A DNA stretch of 64,000 nucleotides from Alphaproteobacteria bacterium (lineage in GTDB: Bacteria > Pseudomonadota > Alphaproteobacteria > CALKHQ01), in contig CBDDFZ010000002.1 in the NCBI GenBank assembly GCA_965227515.1, positions 384,001 through 448,000 on the forward strand. Direction: 5' to 3'. The notes below the pieces were generated by a model. It saw only the letters and a program-made list of their open reading frames with translations, did not search any database and was not told where the DNA came from. Shown one piece after another: positions 14,005-24,885 of the stretch (positions are counted from its first letter, which is position 1; each line of letters starts with the position of its first letter). Made by a program: the position numbers and the translations under genes.

Positions 14005-15214
14005 CGGTAATCAGCGGGGTGTCGGGTGTCAGGTCGCCGGAGACGATCTCGGTCCAGCGCCCATCGGTGAAGCCGGTGCGCACCTCCAGCGGGACCGGCG
14101 CGCCGCCCTCCAGCACCCACACGCGGCGCATGGCCGGGTCCAGCGGGTCCACCGGCGGCAGGTCGAAGCCCTGGTCCGGCGGCACGAAGCGCAACGCGCC
14201 GTTCGGCACCAGCAGCGCGTCGGCGCGCTCGGCGGTCACGATGTCGGCGGTCGCCGTCATGCCCGGCCGCAACAGCAGGTCCGGGTTGTCGACCGACAGC
14301 AGGGTCTCGTAGCTGACGACGCCCTGGTTCTCCTGCGGCGCATAGCGCACCAGCGTCAGCTCGGCGTCGAACAGCCGGTCGGGATAGGCGTCGACCGTGA
14401 AGGTCGCGGTCTGCTGCGCCCGCACCTGGCCGATGTCGGCCTCGTCGATGTCCAGGTGCAGCTCCATCTGGCTCAAGTCGCCGGCCAGCGTGAACAGCAC
14501 CGGCGCCTGGAAGCTGGCGGCCACGGTCTGCCCGACCTCCACATTGCGGGCGATGACGATGCCGTCGATGGGCGAGCGGATGACCGCCTTGCCCAGGGTT
14601 GTCAGGTCGACCTCCAGCGCGGCGGCGGCCACCTTCACCTGCGCCTCGGCACTGGCGACCGCGGCGGCGGCGCGGGCGGCGGCGGCAACCGCAGTGTCGC
14701 GCTCGTGCTGGGAGGAGATGCCGCGCGCCGCCAGCGTCTCCAGCCGGCGCGCGTTGGCGGCGGCTTCCTCGCGGGTGGCCTCGGCCTCGGCAACGGCGGC
14801 CTCGGCCTGCTCCAGCGCCGCCTGGGCCTGCAGCACCCGTGCCTCGAGCTGCTGGGTGTCGAGCCGCGCCAGCACCTGGCCGGCCACCACCGGGTCGTTG
14901 AAGTCCACCGCGACCTCGACGATCAGGCCAGAGATCTCGGCCCCGACATCGACCTGGTTCAACGGTTGCAAGGTGCCGGTCGCGGTGACCATCACGGTCA
15001 ATGTGCCGATGCGGCTGTCGGTGGTGCGGTATTCGATCGGCGCCGGTGGGCGGAACTGGGTCCAGTAGACGCCGGCCGCCACCGCCAGCAGCACCAGCGC
15101 GAGCAGAACCCAGCGCCACGGGCGCCGCCGGCGCGCCGCGCCGATGCCCAGGGTTTGCGAGATATCCTGGGCGATATCGCTGTCGAGCATCTGGTTCATG
15201 GCCGCTGGCCGCAC
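13985..15214 (-). CDS. MacA-like efflux periplasmic adaptor (membrane fusion protein)
   Basis: N-terminal TM, ATGTLQP..VDVGAEISG, coiled-coil hairpin, IRSPIDG, GQTVAAS, DEADIG, LRPGMTA; start may be 15199. Confidence 0.9.
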
Positions 15215-15301
15215 CTTCCTCGGCGAGACAGGAGCCTACGGGCAAATCATCGAAAGGTGGCGGAAATCTGGCAGGTGCGCGCCCGTGCCGCGCTGCCGGG
15301 C

Positions 15302-16795
15302 TCAGGCGGCGAGGCTGTGCGAGACCGCCCTGATCGGCGCCACATAGGGCCAGGAGAACCGAAATGTCGCGCCGCGCTGACCGGTGGTGGAATCGATCCA
15401 GACCCGGCCGCCTTGCCTCTCGATCAGCTTGCGCACCAGTGCCAGGCCAATTCCCGTGCCTTCGGTTTCGTCCTTGCGCCGCAGCGTCTGGAACATCTCG
15501 AACACACGAGCCTGGTACTGCTCCGAAATGCCGGGACCATCGTCTCGCACGAACAGCTCGCAGCGATCGGTCCCGAACGTGCCGCCGAATGAGATCGTCC
15601 CATGGTCGCGGTCGTGGTGCTTCACGGCATTGGAGAACAGATTGGTCAAGACCTGCTGCAGCGGGATTCGGCAGGTATCGATCACCGGCAGGTCCTGCTC
15701 GATCTTGAAGGCCATACCTTTCGGCGGAGAAATCAGGTCGGCGATCTCAGCCGCCAGTGCGGCGACGTCCACCGGCTCGATCTCGTGGGCGATGCGCCCG
15801 GCCTGCGAAAACGCCAGCAGATCGGCCAACAGGTTCTCCATCCGTCGGATGCGATTCCTGAGCATTGCCAAATGTTGGCGCGCGTCCGACGGCAGTACGC
15901 TGCCGGCATCCTCCTCGATCCACTCCGCCAGTTGGTCGATGCCCCGCAAGGGCGAACGCAAGTCGTGCGAGGCAACATATGCAAACTGCTCGAGATCCTG
16001 GTTCGAGCGCCGCAGATCGTCCGCGATCTGGTTCAGCTCGGAGTCGCGCTTGCGCAACTCGTCCGCCGCCGCGCGTTCCGCGACGATTGACCCGCGCAAT
16101 TCTTGACGCGTCCGGTCGACCTGGCGCGCTAGGTCGCCGATCTCATCGCGTATTGCCGAAGTGATCGGCGTGTCGAGATCGCCCCGGCCCATCTTGTCGA
16201 CCGATCCGGCGAGCCGCAGGACCGGGTAAAGAACGTTGTGATACGACGTCCACACCAGAACGCCGACGGCTGCCACCGACACCACCGCAAGCGCGATCAA
16301 GCATGCCGTCAGCCACCACTCGCTGCTGGCCGCCGCCGCGGTGCGTTCCTGCAGATGCTTGTCGGCCAGCGTCATTGCGGCCGACGCCTCTGCCAGCAGG
16401 CGGGCGGCGAGGATGCGCTGCGCGCGTTGGGTGCCGTCATTCGCGAGCGTGTCAGGCAGGGCGACGAGTTGGTCGTAGGCAATGACCATCTGGGCCAGGC
16501 GCGATTCCAATTCCGTCAGGTGTGGGGCATCGTCGCGAGGAGTCGCGGCGAGCTGGTCGACGAGCGACTGATGGCGGGTGCGCCACTGGCCGACCACGCG
16601 CGCGCTTCGATGTACCAGATACTCGCCGGACAGCGAGTTCAGCTCGAACAGCCCGCGTTGGAGGTCGTATGCCCGGTCACGGCTGGACTCCATCAGCGCG
16701 CGGTCACGAAATGCCAGGGATGCCGCCAATGTGCAGGCGATCAACAGCAGTGCAAAGACCGCCAGGATCAGGCCAACTCTGGTGCCAATGCGCAT
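15302..16795 (-). CDS. Membrane sensor histidine kinase (2 TM, HAMP, HisKA, HATPase)
   Basis: GDL..DEIGDLA HAMP; FAYVASHDLRSPL H-box; NLFSNAVKH, DDGPGI, GTGIGLAL boxes. Confidence 0.93.
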   Translation of the reverse strand: MRIGTRVGLILAVFALLLIACTLAASLAFRDRALMESSRDRAYDLQRGLFELNSLSGEYLVHRSARVVGQWRTRHQSLVDQLAATPRDDAPHLTELESRLAQMVIAYDQLVALPDTLANDGTQRAQRILAARLLAEASAAMTLADKHLQERTAAAASSEWWLTACLIALAVVSVAAVGVLVWTSYHNVLYPVLRLAGSVDKMGRGDLDTPITSAIRDEIGDLARQVDRTRQELRGSIVAERAAADELRKRDSELNQIADDLRRSNQDLEQFAYVASHDLRSPLRGIDQLAEWIEEDAGSVLPSDARQHLAMLRNRIRRMENLLADLLAFSQAGRIAHEIEPVDVAALAAEIADLISPPKGMAFKIEQDLPVIDTCRIPLQQVLTNLFSNAVKHHDRDHGTISFGGTFGTDRCELFVRDDGPGISEQYQARVFEMFQTLRRKDETEGTGIGLALVRKLIERQGGRVWIDSTTGQRGATFRFSWPYVAPIRAVSHSLAA

Positions 16796-16810
16796 GGGGT
16801 CGGCTGGCGC

Positions 16811-17776
16811 CTAGCGGATGATGCCGACGTCAGCCGCACTGACGGCCTCGAGCGGCGCGATGAAAATGGCCTCGATCACGTTTGGAACCTCACCGATATC
16901 GGTCAGGCCTTCGATCATGCGCCAATTTATGCCTTCCTCGATCACGAACAGCAGATCCTGTGGCAGGCTGACCCGCAGGGTATGTTGCGGCCAAAGATGA
17001 CGCATGTAGTCGTCGTCCAGGCCGAACCGCGCCTGATAGATGTCTCGCGCCGCGTCGGGATTGTCGATCGCGAATTCCTCCGCCCGTTTCAGTGCCGCGA
17101 CGATCTCTGTCGAGACATCCAGATTGGCGCTCAACCAGTCGACCCGTCCGACAAGCAGGAAATAGTAGAAGCGGCCATCGTTGCCGGGCACGTCGACGTA
17201 CTCGTCGCCGAGCGCAATTTGAGCGCGGTAGACCGACGGCTCCCAGGTGATCGCCGCATCGATGGTGCCCTCATCGATGGCCGAGACCAGCTCCGACGGG
17301 CTGAGGTCAACGATCTCGACGGTCGCCGGGTCGACCTGGGACAGCACCAAGGCCTGACCGAGAAAATACTGCCCTATGCTGCGGTATGTGACGCCGACAC
17401 GCATTCCCGACAGGTCGGCGATGGTCTGAATGCCGCTGTCCGCCCGGGCGAACAGGCGGCAGGTTCGCGATGCGGACAGCGCGGCCACAACGCGCAGGTC
17501 CCGATCTTGCAGATAGTAGCTGCCGAACGCGAACTCCGAACTGGTGGAGAACTGGATCTCGCCGGCTGCCAGCGCTGCCGCACTGTGTGTGCCGGACTCG
17601 AACTCACGAACCTCGACGCCGCCCTCGATATCGTCGAAATAGCCGAGCTCGTCGGCGATCCAGACCAGGATGCCAGTTGGCGTGGCACCCAGAACCGTAT
17701 CGTTCGCAGTCGCGCTGCCGGTAGCCATGGTCGCGGCCAGCAACGTCGCCGCAACGCCTATGGAAGTGAATTTCAT
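16811..17776 (-). CDS. Periplasmic substrate-binding protein, NitT/TauT/SsuA-like
   Basis: Signal peptide MKFTSIGVAATLLAA; WIADELGYF, SGIQTIADLSGMRVG, GTIDAAITWEP. Confidence 0.8.
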   Translation of the reverse strand: MKFTSIGVAATLLAATMATGSATANDTVLGATPTGILVWIADELGYFDDIEGGVEVREFESGTHSAAALAAGEIQFSTSSEFAFGSYYLQDRDLRVVAALSASRTCRLFARADSGIQTIADLSGMRVGVTYRSIGQYFLGQALVLSQVDPATVEIVDLSPSELVSAIDEGTIDAAITWEPSVYRAQIALGDEYVDVPGNDGRFYYFLLVGRVDWLSANLDVSTEIVAALKRAEEFAIDNPDAARDIYQARFGLDDDYMRHLWPQHTLRVSLPQDLLFVIEEGINWRMIEGLTDIGEVPNVIEAIFIAPLEAVSAADVGIIR

Positions 17777-17932
17777 GCAGAAAGCCCTCCGCATACACCC
17801 CCAATTGGCGAATAAAAACAAATCGGCGCCTGATCTAGCAAACCATTCTTGCAAACACGTTACTGTCGTCCGCCGTCGCGCTGCCCAGGGGCGGCGCGGA
17901 ATGCAGCGCGAGCTGATAATGATTTTGAGCGC

Positions 17933-17962
17933 AAAAAAAGAGCCGGGGACGTGCCCCGGCTC
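17933..17962 (-). terminator. Rho-independent terminator of the cox-like operon
   Basis: GAGCCGGGG-ACGTG-CCCCGGCTC stem next to A7 (U7 tail on the minus strand), 27 nt past the stop at 17990. Confidence 0.85.
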
Positions 17963-17989
17963 CTCGTTCAGAACATTGGTGTCGCGGCG

Positions 17990-18784
17990 CTAGCCGGCGG
18001 CGGCCACCGCACGCTTGGCCATCACGCCGACCAGATGGGCGCGGTAGGCGGCGGTTGCGTGGATGTCGCTGTTCAGGCCATCGGCACCGACGCTGACGCC
18101 ATCCAGCGCGCCGGCCGAGAAGTTGCCCGACAGGGCGCTTTCCATATCGGGCGCGCGGAACACGCTGGGCCCGGCACCGGTCACCGCCACGCGGACGCCG
18201 CCGCCGGTCTGGGCGACGAACACGCCGACCAGGGCGTAGCGCGACGCCGGGTTGGCGAACTTGGCGTAGCCCGCCTTCTGCGCCTTCGGAAAGCTCACCG
18301 ACGTGATGATCTCGCCTTCTTCCAACGCGGTCTCGAACATGCCGGTGAAGAAGTCGTCGGCGGCAATCTCGCGCTGGTTGGTCTTGATCGTGGCGCCGAG
18401 CGCGACCACGGCGGCGGGATAGTCGGCCGCCGGATCGTTGTTGGCGATGGAGCCGCCGATGGTGCCGCGATTGCGCACCGCCGGGTCGCCGATGCCACCG
18501 GCGAGCTTGGCCAGCGCCGGGATCGCCGACTGCACGTCCGACGATGCCGCCACGGCGGCGTGCGTCGTCATCGCGCCGATCTCGACACTGTCGCCGCTAA
18601 CCGAGATGCCGGCGAGGTCGCCGACGCCGCCCAGATCGACCAGATCGGACGGGCTGGCCAGCCGCTGCTTCATGGTCGGGATCAGGGTCATGCCGCCCGC
18701 GACCAGGGTGCCGTCGTCGGCGCTGCCCAGGGCCGCTGCGGCCTCGGCTACCGAAGACGGCCGGTGATATGCGAATTGATACAT
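17990..18784 (-). CDS. Xanthine dehydrogenase/CODH family FAD-binding subunit (CoxM-like)
   Basis: AGGMTLIPTMKQRL, VRNRGTIGGSIANNDPAADY, KFANPASRYA. Confidence 0.92.
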   Translation of the reverse strand: MYQFAYHRPSSVAEAAAALGSADDGTLVAGGMTLIPTMKQRLASPSDLVDLGGVGDLAGISVSGDSVEIGAMTTHAAVAASSDVQSAIPALAKLAGGIGDPAVRNRGTIGGSIANNDPAADYPAAVVALGATIKTNQREIAADDFFTGMFETALEEGEIITSVSFPKAQKAGYAKFANPASRYALVGVFVAQTGGGVRVAVTGAGPSVFRAPDMESALSGNFSAGALDGVSVGADGLNSDIHATAAYRAHLVGVMAKRAVAAAG

Positions 18785-18809
18785 TGGAGTTTCTCCCTAG
18801 TCCTCGGGC

Positions 18810-21181
18810 CTATTCGGCAGCCATCGGCTGCTTGGCGTCCTGAATCGCCTGCCACACCCGCTGCGGGGTGGCCGGCATGGCGATATCGCTGACGCCCAGG
18901 GACGACAGCGCGTCGAGCACGGCATTGATCACCGCCGGCGGCGAACCGATGGCGCCGGTCTCGCCGACACCCTTCACTTCCAGCGGGTTGGACGCGCCCA
19001 GCACCTCGTAGGTCTTGCTGTTGTACGAGGGCAGGTCGTCGGCGCGCGGCATGGTGTAGTCCATGTACGAGCCGGTGACCAACTGGCCGTCGCCATCGAA
19101 CACGCACTCTTCCAGCAACGCCTGGCCGATGCCCTGGGTCAGGCCGCCATGGGTCTGGCCCTCGACGATCATCGGGTTCAGCACCCGGCCGACATCGTCG
19201 ACCGAGGTCAGCGCAACCACATCGACCACGCCGGTGTCGGGATCGACCTCGACCTCGCAGATGTGGCAGCCGCCGGGGAACGAGAAGTTCAGCGGGTCGT
19301 AGAACGCCTTCTCCTCAAGCCCGGGCTCCAACTCCTCGATCGGGTAGTTGTGGGGCACGTAGGCCGCCAGCGACACCTCGCCGAACGCCACAGACTTGTC
19401 GGTGCCGGCAACGGTGAACTGGCCGTCCTTGAACTCGATGTCGGCGACCGCGGCTTCCATCAGGTGGGCCGCGATCTTCTTCGCCTTGTCGACGACCTTG
19501 TCGAGCGCCTTGGCGATGGCCGCACCGCCGACCGGGGCGGAGCGGGAGCCGTAGGTGCCCATGCCGAACTGGATCTCGTCGGTATCGCCGTGGACGATCT
19601 CGACGTTCTCCAGCGGAATGCCCAGCATCTCGTGCACCAACTGCGCGAACACCGTCTCGTGGCCCTGGCCGTGGCTGTGCAGCCCGGTCAGCACCGAGAC
19701 CATGCCGGTCGGATGCACGCGGATGGTCGCCGACTCATAGAGCCCGGCGCGGGCGCCGAGCGAGCCGACCACCGCCGACGGCGCGATGCCGCAGGCCTCG
19801 ACATAGGTCGAGATGCCGATGCCCCGGAGCTTGCCGTTGGCCTCCGACTGCGCGCGCCGTTGGCCGAACTCCGACCACTTGGCTTCCGCGAGCGCCGCGT
19901 CGAACACCGCCGGGTAGTTGCCGACGTCGTACTGCAACGCCACCGGCGTCTGGTACGGGAACTGGTCGGGCTGGATCATGTTCTTCTTGCGCAGCTCGAC
20001 CTGGTCGATCCCGGTCTGCAGCGCGGCCTTGGTGACCAGACGCTCCAGCAGGTAGGTCGCCTCCGGCCGCCCCGCGCCGCGATAGGCATCCACCGGCACC
20101 GTGTGGGTGAACACCGCCTTGACGCCGCAATAGATCAGCGGGGTGGTGTACACGCCGGCCAGCAGCGTGGCGTAGAGGTAGGTCGGAATGCACGGCGCGA
20201 ACGTGGACAGATAGGCGCCCATGTTGGCGAGCGTGTCGACCCGAAGCGCCAGGAACTTGCCGTCGGCATCCAGCGCCAGGTCGGCGTGGGAGATGTGGTC
20301 GCGCCCGTGGGCGTCGGTCATGAACGATTCCGACCGGTCCGCCGTCCACTTGATCGGGCGGCCCACCTTGGCCGACGCCCAGGTGACCAGCGCCTCCTCG
20401 GCGTAGTGGTAGATCTTGGAGCCGAAACCGCCACCCACATCGGGCGCCACCACGCGCAGCTTGTGCTCCGGAATGGAGAGCACGAACGCACCCATCAGCA
20501 GGCGGATGACGTGCGGGTTCTGGCTGGTGGTGTAGAGCGTGTACTTGCCGTTGGAGCTGTCGTACTCGCCGATCGCGGCGCGCGGCTCGATCGCATTCGG
20601 GATCAGCCGGTTCTGCACCAGATCGATGGACACCACGTGGGCGGCACCGTCGAACGCGGCATCCACCTCGGCCTTGTCGCCCAGCTCCCAGTCGTAGCAG
20701 AGGTTGTCGCCCAGGCTGTCGTGCACCTTGGCAGCACCCGCATTCATCGCCTCGCCGAGCGCGGTCGACGACGGCAGGACTTCGTAGTCGATCTCCACCT
20801 GCTCGGCGGCGTCACGGGCGATCTCCCGGGTCTCCGCCACCACCATGGCGACCTGGTCGCCGACATGGCGCACGAAGTCGGCCACCAGCATCGGATGCGG
20901 CGGCTCGTTCATCGGGCTGCCGTCCTTGTTGTTGACCTGCCAACCGCAGGGCAGCCCGCCCAGGCCCTCTACGTCCGCGCCGGTGAACACCTCAAGCACG
21001 CCGTCCATCGCCTTGGCGGCGCTGGTATCGACGCTCTTGATCCGCGCGTGGGCGTGCGGGGAGCGAATGATGTAGGCGTAGGTCTGCCCGGGTCGATTGA
21101 TATCGTCGGTGTAGCGGCCCTTGCCGGTGAGAAAGCGGGGATCCTCGAGCCGGGGAACCCGCGCTCCGATACCCTGGGAGG

Positions 21182-21185
<4 letters not shown>
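18810..21185 (-). CDS. Molybdopterin-binding large subunit, form II CoxL-like
   Basis: [23 protein letters not shown], active-site AYRGAGR, GQGHET, KGVGETG; ATG 21185 overlaps the stop of the small subunit. Confidence 0.93.
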
Positions 21186-21655
<470 letters not shown>

Positions 21656-21929
21656 TCGCTCCTCCCGCTACGCAATCGCCATTCCGTCGGCGAATTTGAA
21701 AAACACGTTTCCCGGCGCGACTGGAATCGCCCCGTTCGGCCCCCGTCGGGCAATGCGCCTACTCTGTCCGGCATGCTCGGCAAGGTCAAGCGGGCGCAAG
21801 GCCGCAGCGCCGGTTTTTGGCGCGATTGCGCGTGGAATCGTTTGCACGCATTCACCGCCGGCGCGCACAAAAACAACCCCCGGCACAATGGCCGGGGGTG
21901 ATGCTAGATTTCGATGCCTGGGGGCGTGC

Positions 21930-22748
21930 CTACCAGTTGCGGTAGGGGCCGGTGTCCAGGTGCACGAAGCCGGAGCCGGGATAGATGCCGATGCCGCCGG
22001 TGCGCATCGAATTGGCCGCCGCGCGGATCGCCTGCGGGCTGCGCCCGGCGATGCGGATATCGGCCGCCTGTCCGACGATGTGGAAGCTGTTGCGCGCCAC
22101 CCGGCTGGAGGTCTGGCGCAGCATGGCGTTGGTCGCCGCCGACCGGTAGCCCGAGATGATCTGGATGGTCTGGCGGGTGTCGAGCACCTTCAGCACCGAA
22201 TACAGGATGTTGATCAGGTTCGGATCGATGCGCCGCACCTCGTTGTTGCGGCGGTCACGGAACAGGTAGTTGATCTGCTGCAGCGAGCTTTGCACGAACC
22301 CGCCGTCGCGGAAGAACACGCCGCTGAAGACGTCGCCGCGCCGGTTGTCGAGCACGATGTAGCGCTCGCCGGCCGAATGCGGGATCAGCCGCGCCGCCGA
22401 CTGCGTCGGATCGAACTGCGGCGCATTGGGGTCCGGGTTCTCGTAGAGCGCATACTCGGCGCGCCGCGCCGCGGATGTGTTCACGGTTTCCGCCTGCTGG
22501 AGCATCATCGACTGACGCCAGTCGAAAATCTCGTCGGTCGGCATGACGCCGAAAGCAGCCGAAGCCGGTCCCGATGTCGCTGCCAGCGCGGCCGCCCCGG
22601 CCCCGGTGGCCGCCGCCTGGGTAAGGAAAGTCCGGCGTGATTTCAATTGGGAGCGATTTCGCTCGACCTTGCCCGAACCGTCCGTGTCGTTCATGCGCGC
22701 AATCCTTTCGCCCATCTGACCCAGATCGGCCTCCGGCGCATTTGCCAT
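21930..22748 (-). CDS. YcbK/DUF882 (peptidase M15-like) Tat-exported protein
   Basis: SRRTFL Tat motif; [42 protein letters not shown]; start uncertain. Confidence 0.85.
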   Translation of the reverse strand: MANAPEADLGQMGERIARMNDTDGSGKVERNRSQLKSRRTFLTQAAATGAGAAALAATSGPASAAFGVMPTDEIFDWRQSMMLQQAETVNTSAARRAEYALYENPDPNAPQFDPTQSAARLIPHSAGERYIVLDNRRGDVFSGVFFRDGGFVQSSLQQINYLFRDRRNNEVRRIDPNLINILYSVLKVLDTRQTIQIISGYRSAATNAMLRQTSSRVARNSFHIVGQAADIRIAGRSPQAIRAAANSMRTGGIGIYPGSGFVHLDTGPYRNW

Positions 22749-22965
22749 GGAGACCGAATCACCCCACCGCGCCAACGTTTACAGCGCCAATGGCCTGTAT
22801 TTCAATTTGAATCTGGTAAGGATTTGTGACGGTTCCCCCGGACCGGTGATGCACATTAGATGCATTCTCAGGACGCTGCAAGCAGCCCGCCACAATTGTT
22901 GCGCAATTGGGGCGCAAACGTCCCTCGGGTGCGCAAAATCAGGGACGACCAGGCAGGAGGTTGCC

Positions 22966-24792
22966 ATGACGCAGCACGACGAATCGCGACACGACGACGT
23001 CATAACGCAGCGACACGGTTCGCAATCCATTCACCAACGCATTCGCGCCGGCGTGGTTGCCGCCATTCTGGCGACCGCCGGCATGTCCGCCAGCATCCCC
23101 GGGGCGGCATGGGCCGACTTCGAGGACGGCATGGCGGCCTACGAAGCGCAGGACTACGCCACTGCCCTTCAGGAATGGGAAGGCCCGGCCGAGGCCGGCG
23201 ATGCCGCGGCGCAGTACTGGCTGGGCCGGCTGTACCAGGAAGGGCTTGGTGTGCCGCGCAGCCTGCCGCGCGCCGCGATGTGGTACCGGCTGGCGGCCGG
23301 CCAGGATCTGGACGGCGCGCAGGACGCGCTGGACGGCGTGCTGACCGCGCTGCGCAACCGCGAGACCGGCGGCAGCGCCCCCAATCCCGCGGGCTCGGGC
23401 GGCGCCAACCCGCCGCAACCGCAAATCGCCGATGCCGATGGCGCCGATCAGCCGGGCATTCCCGGGCAGTCGCCGGACCGGGTTGCGGACGCAGGTGGCG
23501 GACCCGGCGTTTCGCCTGACCGAGTCGGCATCGATGCCGGCGATGTCGGCGTGGCGCCGGACCGGACCGGGGTGCCTGGCGTTGATGGCGTTCCGGGCGT
23601 GGATGTGGACGCCACCGCGGACGTGGACGTGGCCGCCGCGCCGGATCGCGATGGACCGGGCGGGCCTGGTGACGAGGACGGAAACGGCTACGGCGATGGC
23701 CCAGGGAACGGCATCGGCGATGGCCTTGGGGACGGGGTAGGCGACGGATATGGCGACGGCGTTGCCGATGCCACCGGCGTGGGCGACCTGGATGCCGTGG
23801 TCGATGAGCTGGCGGCGGGCGATGTTGATGGCGCGGTCGATGCCGCCCTCGACGCCGTTGCGGACGCGGTGCTGGACGATGTCGACGACATCGAGGTGGC
23901 GGACCTCTCCGACCCCGCCAACGAGGCCAACGAGGACGTGGCGGCAATCGACCCGCTGCTCGATCCGCTGGCCGAGGATACGGTCATCGAAGACCTCGCC
24001 GCGCTCGACGACGACCTCGTTGTCGACGATGTGGCCCTGGATGACGTGGCCGTGGACGATGTTGCGCTCGAGGACGACCTCGTCGTCGACGATGTGGCCC
24101 TGGATGATGTGGCAATCGATGACGTCGTTCTTGACGAGGATCTGGTCGACGACGTGGTCGAGGATGCCATCGGCGACCTCGCCGCCGTCGATCCCGATGC
24201 GCTGGTGGACGATCCTTATGCCGAGGATGTGGTCGAGGACCTGACCGATGAGGCGGTCGAGGACGCAGCCGCCGAGGATGGCGGCTTCGTCGACGACCTG
24301 TTCGGCGAGGACGGGCTGCTGGGCGACGGGTTGTTCGGCGAGGACGGCATCGGCGACGGGCTGTTCGGCGACGCGCCGGCACTGGACGAACTGCTCGAAG
24401 ACGGGGTCATCGACGCCGAGGAAATCGCCGACCTGGCGGAGGCCGGCATCCTGAACGAGGCCATGGTCGACGACATGCTGGCCGACGGTACGCTGACGCC
24501 CGAGGCGCTGGCCGATCTGGTCGACGCCGGGGTGCTGGATGAGGCGGCCCTGGACGAACTGGTCGCGCAGGGCCTGATCGACGAGGGCTTCATCGACGAG
24601 GCGGTCGAGCTTGCCGAGCTGGGCGATGTCGACCCGCAACTCGCCGGGCTGCCGGACGCCCCGGTGCTTGACGGTGCCGATGTCGGCGGCGTGCTGGATG
24701 CCGACGTGGCCGGTGTCGGCCAGGTCGAAGGTGTCGTCGATGCCATTGCGACCGACGAGCCGCCGCGCCGGCTGATCACGGCCCGGCAGTAG
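22966..24792 (+). CDS. Exported Sel1-repeat protein with a long Asp/Glu-rich repetitive tail
   Basis: SD CAGGAGG; signal-peptide-like segment ending AAWA; Sel1 repeat AQYWLGRLYQEGLGVP..AAMWYRLAAGQ; low-complexity acidic repeats. Confidence 0.8.
   Translation: MTQHDESRHDDVITQRHGSQSIHQRIRAGVVAAILATAGMSASIPGAAWADFEDGMAAYEAQDYATALQEWEGPAEAGDAAAQYWLGRLYQEGLGVPRSLPRAAMWYRLAAGQDLDGAQDALDGVLTALRNRETGGSAPNPAGSGGANPPQPQIADADGADQPGIPGQSPDRVADAGGGPGVSPDRVGIDAGDVGVAPDRTGVPGVDGVPGVDVDATADVDVAAAPDRDGPGGPGDEDGNGYGDGPGNGIGDGLGDGVGDGYGDGVADATGVGDLDAVVDELAAGDVDGAVDAALDAVADAVLDDVDDIEVADLSDPANEANEDVAAIDPLLDPLAEDTVIEDLAALDDDLVVDDVALDDVAVDDVALEDDLVVDDVALDDVAIDDVVLDEDLVDDVVEDAIGDLAAVDPDALVDDPYAEDVVEDLTDEAVEDAAAEDGGFVDDLFGEDGLLGDGLFGEDGIGDGLFGDAPALDELLEDGVIDAEEIADLAEAGILNEAMVDDMLADGTLTPEALADLVDAGVLDEAALDELVAQGLIDEGFIDEAVELAELGDVDPQLAGLPDAPVLDGADVGGVLDADVAGVGQVEGVVDAIATDEPPRRLITARQ
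24001..24126 (+). repeat. 63-bp (21-aa) tandem duplication inside the acidic protein
   Basis: ALDDDLVVDDVALDDVAVDDV followed by ALEDDLVVDDVALDDVAIDDV, near-identical at DNA level. Confidence 0.85.
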
Positions 24793-24885
24793 ATACGGGT
24801 GGCACTCGGGCGGAGGTTTGCTACGCCCGGGTGCCCCTGGAAACAGGCAATTCCCATCGCCGGGGCGCCCTGATACCTATGGGCG

